From assembly GCF_006345805.1 (NCBI RefSeq), contig NC_043018.1, positions 25,172,001 to 25,236,000 of the forward strand: 64,000 nt of DNA, given 5' to 3'. The position numbers were made by a program, and so were the translations under genes. Shown piece after piece: positions 40,865-52,960 of the stretch. The notes below the pieces were generated by a model, which was not told the origin of the DNA, made no database searches, and was given only the letters and a program-made list of their open reading frames with translations. The DNA is from Octopus sinensis (taxonomy: Eukaryota). Positions within the stretch are counted from its first letter, which is position 1. The number at the start of each line of letters is the position of its first letter.

Positions 40865-41365
40865 TCATCATCATCATCGTTTAACGTCCACTTTCCATGC
40901 TAGCATGGGTTGGACAATTTTGACTGAGGGCTGGCAAACCAGATGGCTGCACCAGGCTCCAATCTTGATCTGGCAGAGTTTCTACAGCTGGATGCCCTTC
41001 CTAACGCCAACCACTCCGAGAGTGTGGTGGGTGCTTTTTACGTGCCACCGGCACGGGGGCCAGTTAGGCGGTACTGGCAATGACCTTGCTCGAATCTTTT
41101 TACACAGGCCACCGGCACAGGTGCCAGTGAAGCAACGTTGGTAACGATCACACTCGAATGGTGCCCTTTTACGTGCCACAGGTACAGAAGCCAGTTGGCT
41201 GCTCTGGCAACGATCACGCTCAGATGGTGCTCTTGGCACCCTACTAGCACAGACATAAGTGCCAGTAAGGCGACACTGGTAACAATCATACTCGAATAGC
41301 CACTCTGTCAACAATCACACTCATATGGTGCTCTTTGCACCCTGCTAGCACAGATGCCAGTCATT
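40865..41365 (-). mobile_element. Retroposon family C with (GAT)n tail and internal tandem duplications
   Basis: Minus strand GGCGTTAGGAAGGGCATCCAGCTGTAGAAAC...AACCCATGCTAGCATGGAAAG..GACGTTAAACGATGATG; related copies at about 8070, 9845, 29800, 43140 (-) and 32700, 37540 (+). Confidence 0.75.
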
Positions 41366-41527
41366 GAATTGATTTTGATTTTGCTATATTAAATTAATTC
41401 ATCAAAAGTGTCTTTATTTCTGTAAATGAATTAATTCTACTTTTATTTTTCTGTCAATATATTTTCAACGCTTTGACTAACATTTCATTGTTTTTTTCTC
41501 TCTCTTTCTCCCTCTGTCTACCTGCAG

Positions 41528-41633
41528 GTATAGTATAATGCAAAAATGCTGGACACAAAAGCCGGAAGACCGGCCTACATTTTCAACACTGGTGCAAGAG
41601 ATTGACAAGATCCTCACGTCATTACTAAACGAG
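41528..41633 (+). CDS. FGFR: FGFR kinase C-lobe end exon (YSIMQKCWTQKPEDRPTFSTLVQEIDKILTSLLNE)
   Basis: CAG 41525-41527, GTGTGT at 41634; CW...RPTF motif; 106 nt, phase 2 to 0. Confidence 0.96.
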
Positions 41634-43484
41634 GTGTGTGTATCTCCTCGTAACTTTGGCAACAAGGACGGGACAATGTTGCAGATAATATTAAGGGTGT
41701 GTCTGATTATGAGGTAGTGAATGGGGAGGTAGATCAAGAATGGGAATGAAGTCTGTATTTGGTCTGTGTGTGTTTCGTATGTCTAAATGCGTGTATAAAT
41801 ATGTGCAAATTTGTGTGTGTTTTGCGAGCATGTCTGCTTTGCTGTATGCATGTGTGAGTGAGCCACCATGTAGCTGTGTGTACTGATTTTGTTATCGTTT
41901 CATCCAAAGTCAGCTCCGATTAAGCAGACACGTGATCAAAGCCATTCCAACCATGACCATCATGTCCTTTTATGTATCAGGGATTACATTTGTCCAATGT
42001 GTCCTTTTTTTAAAGACAGAGGTTATCAGCAATACTGTCTGCTTGGCAAGTGGTAAACTTTTTGGGAGTTCAGACCCTTTCAGAGGATCTCAAACTAGTT
42101 CTCTGAATTCAAATCATGCCGAGGCCAGCTTGTTCAATGAGTCCTTTTTGAAATCAACTGACAGTGATTTGGCTGCTATTTCTAGCGAGTCCACCGACCA
42201 TGTAGAAGCCTTTTTGTAAGTTTGTGTATGAAGCATGCATTATGTCTGCACACATGCATACATCTGTGCCTAAATGTATGTATAAGTGTTCTGGTTTGTA
42301 AGCATGAATACTCTGCTGTATGTGTATGTGTGAGTATGTATGCTTATGTAAGTATAAGGCATGGTCGAGGGGGTTAAGCAGTTCACTTCACAATCACTAG
42401 GGTATTGTGTTCTCATCCACTGTGTACCTGTGTGGCATCTTGGGTAAGTTAACTTCTGTTTTAGCCTCAGATCGACCAAATCTAGCCTAACTTAAACACA
42501 CCCCGTGTTACGCTAATTCTGGTTAAGGATTCCATCTCATTAAGTTTTGGGGGACACTGTACCTTTTACGCTATATTTCAGTGAATAAGCTTCTTCAGTT
42601 GATCAGACAACTGGAATGCTCATCGTTGAAACCAACAGTGGGTCCATTTGGTCATACCTGCCCCCAAGATCATGAACATGAAGTTCCAAATTCTATCTCC
42701 CTTGGGGCATGTCTTCTGCCATACATGCATAGTCTTAGTAAAACTAAATTGACAGAAACTGTACAGAAGCCTGCCAGATGGACCTTATTCTCTGATTAAG
42801 GGTACAAGTGTCAGTGGGACTTAGGGAACTGTACTTGTAATTCACTGAGTTAGGTTTCTCAGTTTCTATGGCGTATGTGTTCCCCAGCTGGATGGGATAC
42901 CAGTCCATTGCAGCGTTACTCATTTTTGCCAGCTGAGTGAACTGGAGCAACGTGAAATGAAGTGTTTTGCTCAAGAACACAATGTGTCGCCCAGTCCAGG
43001 AATTGAAACCGCAATCTTACTATCATGATGCTGACACCCTAATTATTATGAAAAGGCTCTGTGGCAGTTCAGTTGATTAAACCAACCGAAGTACTCAACA
43101 TTGAAACCAACACAAGATTCATTTACATGTATCTGGATATCATCATCATTTAACCTCTATTTTCCATGCTGGCATGGGTTAGATGGTTTGACTGGAGATG
43201 GTAAGCACGAAAGCTTCACCAGATTCCAGCTGTCTGTTTTGGCTTGGTTTCTACAGCTGGATGCTCTTCCTAATGCAAACCACTTTACAGAGTGTACTGG
43301 GTGTCTTTTCCATGTCACTAATATGGATGCCCTTTTACTTGTCACTGGCTCAAGTGCTCATTGTTAAAAACATCCGAGAGTCCATTTGGTCATACCTGCC
43401 CCCATGATCATGAACATGAGGTCCCAAATTCTATCTCACTTGGGGCATATATCTTTTGCCATTCATACATACATAATCTTCTTA

Positions 43485-43750
43485 AAATAATTAAAAATAC
43501 ATGCGCCCTTTTTAAAGCCTAGCCAGGTTAATGGGCCCGGTTTCCCAGTTTCTATGGCGTATGTGTTCCCCAGCTGGATGGGATACCAGTCCATCACAGC
43601 GTTACTCATTTTTACCAGCTGAGTGGACTGGAGCAACGTGAAGTGAAGTGTTTTGCTCAAGAACACAACGCATTGCCCAGTCCAGGAATCGAAACCACAA
43701 TCTTACGATCATGGTGCTGACACCCTAACCACTAAGCCACGTGCCTCCAC
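43485..43750 (-). mobile_element. tRNA-derived SINE, family E, with 14-bp target-site duplication
   Basis: Head GGAGGCACGTGGCTTAGTGGTTAGG, GGTTTCGATTCC; TSD ACATAATCTTCTTA at 43471-43484 and 43751-43764. Related copies at about 42840-43040 (-), 19440-19810 (-) and 23140-23480 (+). Confidence 0.85.
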
Positions 43751-45379
43751 ACATAATCTTCTTAGTAAAACTAAATTGACAGAAACTGTCAAACAACCAC
43801 AGATACGTGGTACCCTTTTATGTGTCACCAGCCCTATCCACAGCCATGATTTCACTTTCCCTTGATGTGTCTTCTCAAGCGCTGCTAATCACCAGATATG
43901 TTGGACAAAAACCAGATCTTTACTGTTGTATGTCAGCGTGATGTGTGTGTGTATGCTTTTTCAGTGTGTTAGTTGGTATATTTGACAGCATGTAAGTATG
44001 ATGTTTTTTTTTTATATATTCTTCATCTTGATTGTTTAAGTATTTATCTTAGTTAATCAGGAAATTGTCAAAAAATTTCATTACTGTTATTATTATTAAT
44101 TAAAGGGGACAAAAGAAGCCCCTTATTTTATCTTCATTATATTGTACATAGACTATCAAATTAGTTTTCTGTTAGCTGTCCTCATTAATTGTATATCATA
44201 GTTAGTTGAGACAATGAAACAAGTGCTCAGATACCCCTTAGAGTCTTCAATTTTGTCCCCTTACAGTCTGAAATCAAAACCTACTTGTTGGCCATGCTTG
44301 ATTTCCATTTTTAAAGGGGAAAAAATTGCTTAAAAATGGAACAAAACAAAAGCTAATAGAACTGCTATGTCACTGAAGACTGGGTCTAAGGATTCACTTC
44401 TGCTCCCATTAATGCCTTTCAGGCCATCCTTTAACTCCACTCAACACTAAGTAAAGGTAGAGTTACTTTTTAATGTCAGAATGTCAAGACATCAAAGAAG
44501 ATGCAGGAAATGCTAACTGACAATCAATCCTGATAGCATGAACCAATAAGAAAGCAGCTATGCAGTAGCTTGATCTGCTAAAAATAGCAGCCATATCTCA
44601 TCTCATTATATCGTACAATCTTAAAAACAGAAAGAGCCCTTTGGATAATGCATTCCTGGATATCCCTGAAATGACACACTGCTTACAGCTTAAGGGCCTT
44701 TGATCACATAGGGCTAATCAATTAGTCCTAACCTGGGGTTAAGCAACATCCAACTCCATTGTACAATATAGGAGAGGAAGGATTAAGCAAGTACCATTAA
44801 TATACTGGGGTTGATTCAATGAATTTCTCAGCTAATATAATTGCTATAAAAACTTATATAATGCCAGCCTAATAACCATATACGTACATTACTAAACCTT
44901 GCTTTCAAATCTATCTATAGCTGTAGCCTAAGGTTTTAGCAAGGTACCATTATACTCACCTGGTGGACACATTGCTTCTGGGTTTTCTCTTGGCCATTTG
45001 GGTTATTACAGCATCAGCACAAACACCTTGTTTTTACACCCATAGATGGCGGGGTCAGTTTTGAATCTTTCGTTCAGACATTTGTTGTACAATGAAATGA
45101 GTGCTCTTTCTGGTTCTTACCACTATTTTCGTCAGTCAGGCAAACTGGTGAAAAGAAGGGGTGTGCACCTTACTCAGGGTTACAACACAAAAATGTTTGA
45201 GCTGGTGATCAGTAGTCCAGCTCATTTAAACTCTATAACCATTGCACCTACATGATAGGGGTATCGTGTGTAGTTGTCAATGTCAAAACAAGATAACTTG
45301 ATTCAAATTACGTCTGAGTCACATTGGTAGTGGCAACTATAAACACCAGACTATTATTTTGCTACTGGACTCTGGCCAT

Positions 45380-46381
45380 ATTATGAGAGGATGAAGAGCA
45401 AAGTCAACCTTGGAGGAATTTGAGCTGAGAATGTAAAGAATGTAAACATTTGGTCTGCCATGCTAGTAATTCTGCCAGCTCGCTGCCTTTCTTCTTTTAG
45501 TCATAGCAACAACAACAGGTTTTTAAACATGCAATACAAGGCCTCATATTTTCAAGAGAGTTTATAGTTTGATTAAATAAATGCAGAAAGAATGAAAGGC
45601 AAAAATTGACTTTGGCAGTATTTGAAACTTTTGAACATAAAGAAATGTAGTTAAATATCACAAGGCATTTTATTCACCACATTACTAATTCTGCCATCCT
45701 AGCAGCAATAATAATAATAATAATAATTTCTACTTTAGGCACAAGGCCCCAAATTTTTGGGGAGGGTTCAGTCGATTAAATTGACCCAGTATGCAGCTGG
45801 TACTTAATTTATCAATCTCAAAAGGATAAAAAGGCAAAGTTGACCGTGGCAGAATTTGAACTCAGAATGTAAAGACAGACAAAATACTGCTAAGCATTTT
45901 GCCCGGCATGCTAACATTTCTGCCAGCTCAAATAAGAGTTTCAAATTTTGGCACAAGGCCAGCAATTTTGAAAGGATGGGTGCTAGTTGATTACATTGAC
46001 CGCCATGCTCAGTTGGTATTTTATCAACTCCAAAAGTGTGAAAGCCAAAGTCAACCTTGGCGGCATTTGAACTCAGAATGTAAAGAGCCAAAAAGTGCCG
46101 CTAAGCATTTTGTCTGGCGTGCCAATGATTAGTCCAGCTTGCTGCCCTCTGGGCAATAATAATAATAATAATTCTTTCTACTATAGGCATACGTGTTTTT
46201 TGTGGGGAGGGGAACAGTTGAATACATTAACCCCAATACTCAACTGGTACTTAATTTATCAACCCTGAAAGCATGAAAGGCAAAGTTGACCTCAGCAGAA
46301 TTTGAACTCAGAACGTGGTGACAGGCAAAATACCATTAAGCATTTCACCCAGCGTGCTAACGATTCTGCCAGCTTGCCACC

Positions 46382-46414
<33 letters not shown>

Positions 46415-46660
46415 TAATAATAATAATAATAATATTGATTCTTTCTAGTGGAAGTACAAGGCCTCAAATTTGGGGAAGGGATTAAGGTGATTACATCGAC
46501 CCCAGTGCATAACTGGTACTTATTTAATCGACCCCCCCCCAGAAGGATGAAAGGCAAAGTTGACCTCGGCAGAATTTGAACTCAGAACATGGCGACGGGC
46601 GAAATACCACTAAGCATTTCGCCCACCGTGCTAACAATTTTGCCAGCTTGCCACCTTAAT
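45380..46660 (-). mobile_element. Head-to-tail stack of about five SINE family B copies separated by (AAT)n
   Basis: Repeated GATGAAAGGCAAAGTTGACCTC..GAATTTGAACTCAGAAC units. Confidence 0.85.
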
Positions 46661-46844
46661 AATAATGATAATAATAATTACAACAGTGATGGCTGTGATA
46701 AGTGTACTTGTGTGTTCCTATGTTGTATATAATGAGCTAGGGTTTCAGAGTATCACCTTTTAAAGAAGGTAGCTGTTTCAGTTGATGCTGCTATTGTTGT
46801 TGTTGTTGTCAGCATGTGTGTACCAAAATGTTTCTTTCAAACAG

Positions 46845-46886
46845 CCTGACGAGAGCCACTCCGTCTTTGAAGTGCCGTGCTACTGA
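46845..46886 (+). CDS. FGFR: Candidate alternative FGFR terminal exon (PDESHSVFEVPCY*)
   Basis: TTTCTTTCAAACAG acceptor ending 46844; in frame (phase 0) with the preceding exon; unique CpG-retaining sequence; AATAAA at 47097-47102. Confidence 0.5.
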   Translation, partial: PDESHSVFEVPCY

Positions 46887-47260
46887 CTCTGGATCTTCGG
46901 CGCCGCCGTGCAGAAGGAAAGAGGACAAGAGGTCACGCACAAAACACACAAAAGGTGATTCTGTTGCCAAAGACCTAGGCTGCTGTTGTTGCTATATTTA
47001 TTTGAAGACAGAAATCTGCTACAGTTTAACCAGATTTAGTCGTAGTTGGTAGGTGTTCAGTATCCCCAGCCCATAACAAAAAAATATAATGAGTAAAATA
47101 AAACTTTGATCTCTGTTTTAGCAAAAAAAAAAAAATAGTTAAAATGAGGGGTTCTGTGTTTTTATCTTCCCAACTCTTCGTTTTGATTCTGTTTGCTTTC
47201 CTTTCCCTCCCATGCTAGTGGCTTGCATGCATGTTTGTCTTTAAGCTGGTTTGAACCACA

Positions 47261-47668
47261 TACTCTCTTTTTACTCTTTTACTTGTTTCAGTCATTTGAC
47301 TGTGGCCGTGCTGGAGCACCGCCTTTAGTCGAGCAAATCGACCCCAGGACTTATTCTTTGTAAGCCCAGTACTTATTCTATCGGTCTCTTTTGCCGAACC
47401 GCTAAGTGACGGGGACATAAACACACCAGCATCGGTTGTCAAGCAATGCTAGGGGGACAAACACAGATACACAAACATATACACACACACATACATATAT
47501 ATATACGACAGGCTTCTTTCAGTTTCTGTCTACCAAATCCACTCACAAGGCATTGGTCGGCCCAAGGCTATAGCAGAAGACACTTGCCCAAGATGCCACG
47601 CAGTGGGACTGAACCCAGAACCATGTGGTTGGTAAGCAAGCTACTTACCACACAGCCACTCCTGCGCC
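47261..47668 (-). mobile_element. SINE family A, young copy
   Basis: Reverse complement of the family consensus with intact head. Confidence 0.9.
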
Positions 47669-50316
47669 TATACACTTTGGAAATGTATCTTTTTATGAAA
47701 TGCGCAGACAATATTTTAGTGGGGAAAAGAAATGATAACTTTATTTTTCGATACATTCTCTCTCTACACAAATTACATTTCTTTCCATTGGGGTTGAACA
47801 TACATGTACCTGTCACAATTAATTTTGCTCCAACGGTTGCTAGGTGATGAATTGGCAGAGTCTTTAGAATGGTGGACAAAATAAATGCCTTGCAGTTTAT
47901 ATTTCAACACCTTGTGATCTGAGTTCAAATTCTGACAAGGTCAGCCATGCCTTCTGGAATCAATAAACAAAGTACCAGTCTCAGGTGGTTGACTTACTTA
48001 AGATGATGGGAAGAGAAGTGTTCTGTTTATTTCTGAGTTCAAATCCCACTGTGGCCTTCCTGGGTGGTGGACTTAATTTCTCATCTACTTTAACACTACC
48101 ACCTGGCTCTTGAGTGCCATGAGCAGAATCCTCTCTGTTACATGCATTTGGGCCAGGTCTCCTGAATCTCTCTCTCTCGTTTCATAAGCCTTGTAAAAGG
48201 GTTAAGGATCTTTTCCTTCTCCATTGACTAAAAGAAGCTCATTTCTGTTGCTTGGTAAGAATCCAGTAACATAGGACACCAGCAAAACTTGTCTCATCAA
48301 AATGCTGCATGGTCCATGCAGGCATGGAAAAGTGACACATGCGCATCACATATGCACACGTGCGCGCACACACACACACACAACAGGCTTCCACACAAAA
48401 CGTATTAGCCAATCTGGAGTAATAACAGAAGACATTTGTGCAATAGGTTTGAACCCAGATCCCCATGGTTATGATGCAGCCTTCTTAATCACACAGCCAT
48501 GCTTTTGCCCTTATCAATAACGTTGTTTGTTGCTTGCTTGTGTTGTGACCTTTCCATAGTTTAGAAAATAGGGAAAAGCTTGCCATATGGATGCATTTCT
48601 CAGCTCTATAGTACTCACCATTCTTTAATAGAAATGGAAAATGCAATAACAGTCATCTAACCTTGAGGTTAGCATTTGTTTTTAGCTTACACATAAGCCC
48701 ACGAATTTGGGTGAAGGGTTAGTCAAGTAAATCAACTCCTTCTCCAGGACTGAAGCTTAATTTTGCAACTCTGGAAGGACCCACTACTGTGGGCCCCAAT
48801 TTACTATATTGCTTGTGTGGACACCCTAAAATCCTATATGGACCCTGGTTGAGAATCACTGCCTTAACCCTTTCATTACCATATTTATTTTGAGATGCTG
48901 TGTTTCTTTCAATTAATCATCTTCAGACTACATCTCTCACCACTTCAATGGTCATTTGGCTAAAAGCTTATTATGTATTTTCCTAATTATTAATCTCATT
49001 TTGTGGGGTAAAAGACTTCAATATTTATACTGTTTTCAAAGATCAAATCGATTGAAATGTAGTGTAGACAAAAATAAAAGCTTGGCACTCCATCACTTAA
49101 AACAACGTGAGTTCCAGTTGATCCAATAAATGGAACAGCCTGCTCATGGAATTAACATGCAAGTGGCTGAGTACTCCGCAGACACAGATACCCTTAAAAG
49201 TAGTTCTCAGGGAGATACAGTGAAACACAGAATATGACAACGCGGGCCTTTTGAATTACAGCTACAACTCCATTTTGCCAGTTGTGTTGACTGGTACAGT
49301 GTGAAATAAAGTGTCTTGCTCAAGGATAACATGCTACTGGGAATCGAAGTTACGATCTTATGATCCTGAGCCAAATAGCCCTAACCACTAAGCCATGTGC
49401 CTTCACTGAACTGTAGTGTAGACATAGATATTAAAAAAAAAAAATTTTTATCTCTAAAAATGATAATTAATTCAAAGATTATAATATTGTTTTCTACTCT
49501 AGGCACAAGGCCTGAAATTTTGGGGTAGGGGGCCAGTCTATTAGATCGACCCTAGTATGCAAATGGTACTTAATTTTTCAACCCCAAAAGGATGAAAGGC
49601 AAAGTCGACCTCAGTGGAATTTGATCTCAGGACGTTAAGACAGGTGAAATACTGCTATGCATTTCACCCGGTGTGCTAACGTTTCTTATTTTTTTGCTGC
49701 CGACAAGGGGCTACACGCAGAGGGGACAAACAAGAACAGACAAAGGGATTAAGTCGATTATATCAAACCCAGTGCGTAACTTGTACTTATTTAATTGACC
49801 CCAAAAGGATAAAAGGCAAAGTCGACCTCGACAGAATTTGAACTCAGGACGTAACAGCAGACGAAATACTGCTATGCATTTCGCCTGGCGTGCTAATGTT
49901 CCTGCCAGTTCGTCACCTTTCAAAGATTTTAATATATTATAATGAGCAGCAACTCGTTTCATAGATTTATAAGTTCTTATAATGTTGACAGTAACCCTGG
50001 CCCTTTTTTCTTCTCAAACCTCTATCTCTTGCCACACGACAGTGTGACAGACACTGAATAATCAGAATCGAATCCTGGTCAATTCTGAGTTATATACAGA
50101 TCTTGAAGCACAGTTAGTGTTCAGTGACCTCTAGTTATCCACGTATGATGTGGCTGGAGTTTAGGATCCTCTGGTCAAACTGTTGCAGTATAAGATTGTT
50201 CATGAGCTGTCATCAAATAAATCCCTGTCATCGCCAATAGTTTTAGTTGTTGAGTCACTATCCAATTAGTTCTGCACACAAAAACACATCAAGCACAAAC
50301 ATAGTTGTGTGGTTAA

Positions 50317-50804
50317 CCCTTTAGCATTTAAACTGGCCATGTCTGGCCCAAATATTCTACCTGTCTTATGTTGAAACTAGCCAGATTTGACTTCTCACCA
50401 GAGCTGTGGAGTCAAAACAAAAAGCTTCGACTCTGACTTGGACTCCTGTACTATTGGCACCTCCGACTCCTCTTTATGTAATTAAGTGATTGTGGTATAC
50501 ATATCTCATAAAGCATATGCATACACTTGTACGGCCTATATGTTATAACTGGTTTATATTAAAGAATAAAGACATTGTGAGTCAGAGTTGGTATAGTTTT
50601 ATCAACTCTGACTCCAACTTCCCCTTAATTGTTTCTGAATCCAACTCTACAGCCCTGCTTCTCACATCTACCCTATAGTGTAATTTCTAAAAATAAACAG
50701 TCATACCATCGAAATCCCAAAGCTATGAGATAATGCAGGATAAATCCAAAACAATGTGAATAAACAACCATTGCATTTGGCAGATTAATCTGAACGTTAA
50801 AGGG
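50317..50804 (+). mobile_element. piggyBac-like MITE, family 2, interrupted by a hAT MITE
   Basis: TIRs CCCTTTAGCATT / AACGTTAAAGGG, TTAA on both sides (50313-50316, 50805-50808). Confidence 0.8.
50399..50657. mobile_element. Non-autonomous hAT-type MITE
   Basis: Imperfect TIRs CAGAGCTGTGGAGT / ACTCTACAGCCCTG with a perfect 8-bp TSD CTTCTCAC (50391-50398, 50658-50665). Confidence 0.8.
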
Positions 50805-52390
50805 TTAAAGATGCTTGCTTCAGAATCCCACGATTTGGGTTTTGATCCAGCTGCACGTGAACAGAGGCAAGGATCTTCATATTACAAGCAGACTTCAGTC
50901 ATTGGAAACTGTACAGAAGCCTGTTGTACATGTACCATTTGCTGAAAGACATAAGCAATATATATTAGTAACACTGAAAAGTAATATTTATCCCATTTTA
51001 TCTCCTTAAGCATTTGGATTAATCTGTCAGATGTAATGCTTATTTATTCACATTATTTTGAATTAATCATGAATTATCTTGTAACTTCAAAATTTTGATG
51101 ATGTGACAGTTTATTTTTAGAACGACATTGTAGGGTAGGTATGAGATGCCTGATCTGGCCAGTTTGAACATAAAACAAGTAGAATATATTGGCTGGTTGA
51201 ACAGCCCATACTGGAGCAGATACCACAAGAGAAACTCTCATATTGGCCATGTTTAAGTAGGGATAAATATTTACCTCTTGATGTAAACAATGGTGAGAAA
51301 ATCGAAAAAAAACTGATTTTTTCACTATCCCTCACCATATTTGTAAGATCTCAGTTGTAAGATCTCCCTTCTCGCTCCAGAAATCAGAAATGCTGTGAAG
51401 CAGAGGGATAAAACCTGTTTACAAAGCAACTGCAGCCAACAACTGTTGTTGATAAATTTTGGTATAAAATAAATAGACGAACCAGCAGAGATTTTGTGAT
51501 GACTTATAGTTGATGCACAGACTCGGACAGTATTTAGTTATGGGCAGTTCGTTTGCTATCCTTCATTCCTGTTATGCTCCTGGTCAGGTTTCATCAAAGT
51601 GACCAATGAGCAAATCCATTCCGTCTGTGCCCAGCATACCTTCAATTACAGTTCATATAAAACTAACATATCCTTTATTGTTTTCTTTTGTTTTTTTGGT
51701 GGTTGGGGTGTAAAGACATATAAGGAGATTTGACTGCTATTTCTAGTTGATCCTCTAATTTCTTGTCTACATTTTTTTATGTTAATTTGCAGCAGTTCAC
51801 TTTGTAACCATGTGATTCTTGGTTCAATCTTGCTGTGTAGCATTACTTTCATTCATTCATCCTCTGATGTGGCTGAACAACGAATGTTTACAGGATGAGT
51901 TGTACTGTTCATCTTTTCAACCACTAATTACAAAGCATGGCTAGCAAGGCCTCCGTCCAGATGATTTTCCTGAATCACCATCTCACCCTTGTATGCCAAT
52001 CCATCACAGGGTGACCCCATTTACATTTGAGTGGACTAGAGCAATGTGAAATGAAGGGTTTTGCTCCAGAACACAATGCATTGCCCAGTCTGAGAATCGA
52101 AATCACGAGCTAACCATCAGTTGACCAATTACATAATTGGAATTTTGGCTGGTGAAAACTGTGCAGAAGCCCCTCAGATAGGACTGAATTTAATTAACTT
52201 CTGTGAAAGAGATTGAACATCAGAAGAAAGCAATGGCAAACCTTCTCCTGTAATCAGCTCTCAAAATCTTCTTGGTGTTCCACCAGGTCACAACAAGTCC
52301 AAAATTTGATTTGACACTGCCACCTGGCTCTTGGATGCCATGAGCAGAATCCTCCTTGTTACATGCATTTGGGTCAGGTCTCCTGGATAT

Positions 52391-52433
<43 letters not shown>

Positions 52434-52726
52434 CCTCTCTCCCTCTCTCCAGAAGCCTTGTAGAAGGGTTATAGGTGTTTTCCTTTTCCATTAACTAAAA
52501 GTATCCAGTGACATAAGACAACAGCAAAACTGTTAGTTTAGTTTAATTCTTATGTATCTGCATGAATTGTATATATATACCGTTTCTTGGGTGTTTGCTA
52601 CTCAAATAAGAATGTAGGTGTTTGAAATGGTCACTTCTGTAACAGCTGACGTCATGGTAGATGGACAATTTGCTGACAGGACTATTGGCTGATTGGACAA
52701 TAAGTCGACATGGGGAAGTATCAATC

Positions 52727-52960
52727 ATGGAGTTCATCAAATCAGAACAAGGAGGCAAAAAGCTTCTTTACAAAGGGTACTCCTATATTATTGATAGAAC
52801 CAGAAAAGAAAAGACTTATTGGAGATGTGCAAATTGTAAACTGTGCAGTGCTAGACTGACAGCAATTGATGATGAAATTAGCCAGACTCCTGACCACGTA
52901 CGTCTACCTACGCCAATTGAAAATCATGCTGTCTGTCAGCGAATTGTCTGGACACGGTAG
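52727..52960 (+). pseudogene. FLYWCH zinc-finger fragment, probable Mutator/MULE transposase relic
   Basis: MEFIKSEQGGKKLLYKGYSYIIDRTRKEKTYWRCANCKLCSARL...DHVR fits the FLYWCH pattern (F..S..G...L...GY.Y......YWRC....C.A); final His is Arg; no DDE domain follows. Confidence 0.7.

Noticed and set aside
45095-45140. Minus-strand CTGACGA...TGGT-aaga-ACCA-GAAAG-AGCA-CTC hammerhead-like match
   Set aside because: Six extra nucleotides between core and stem II, and no stem I pairing.
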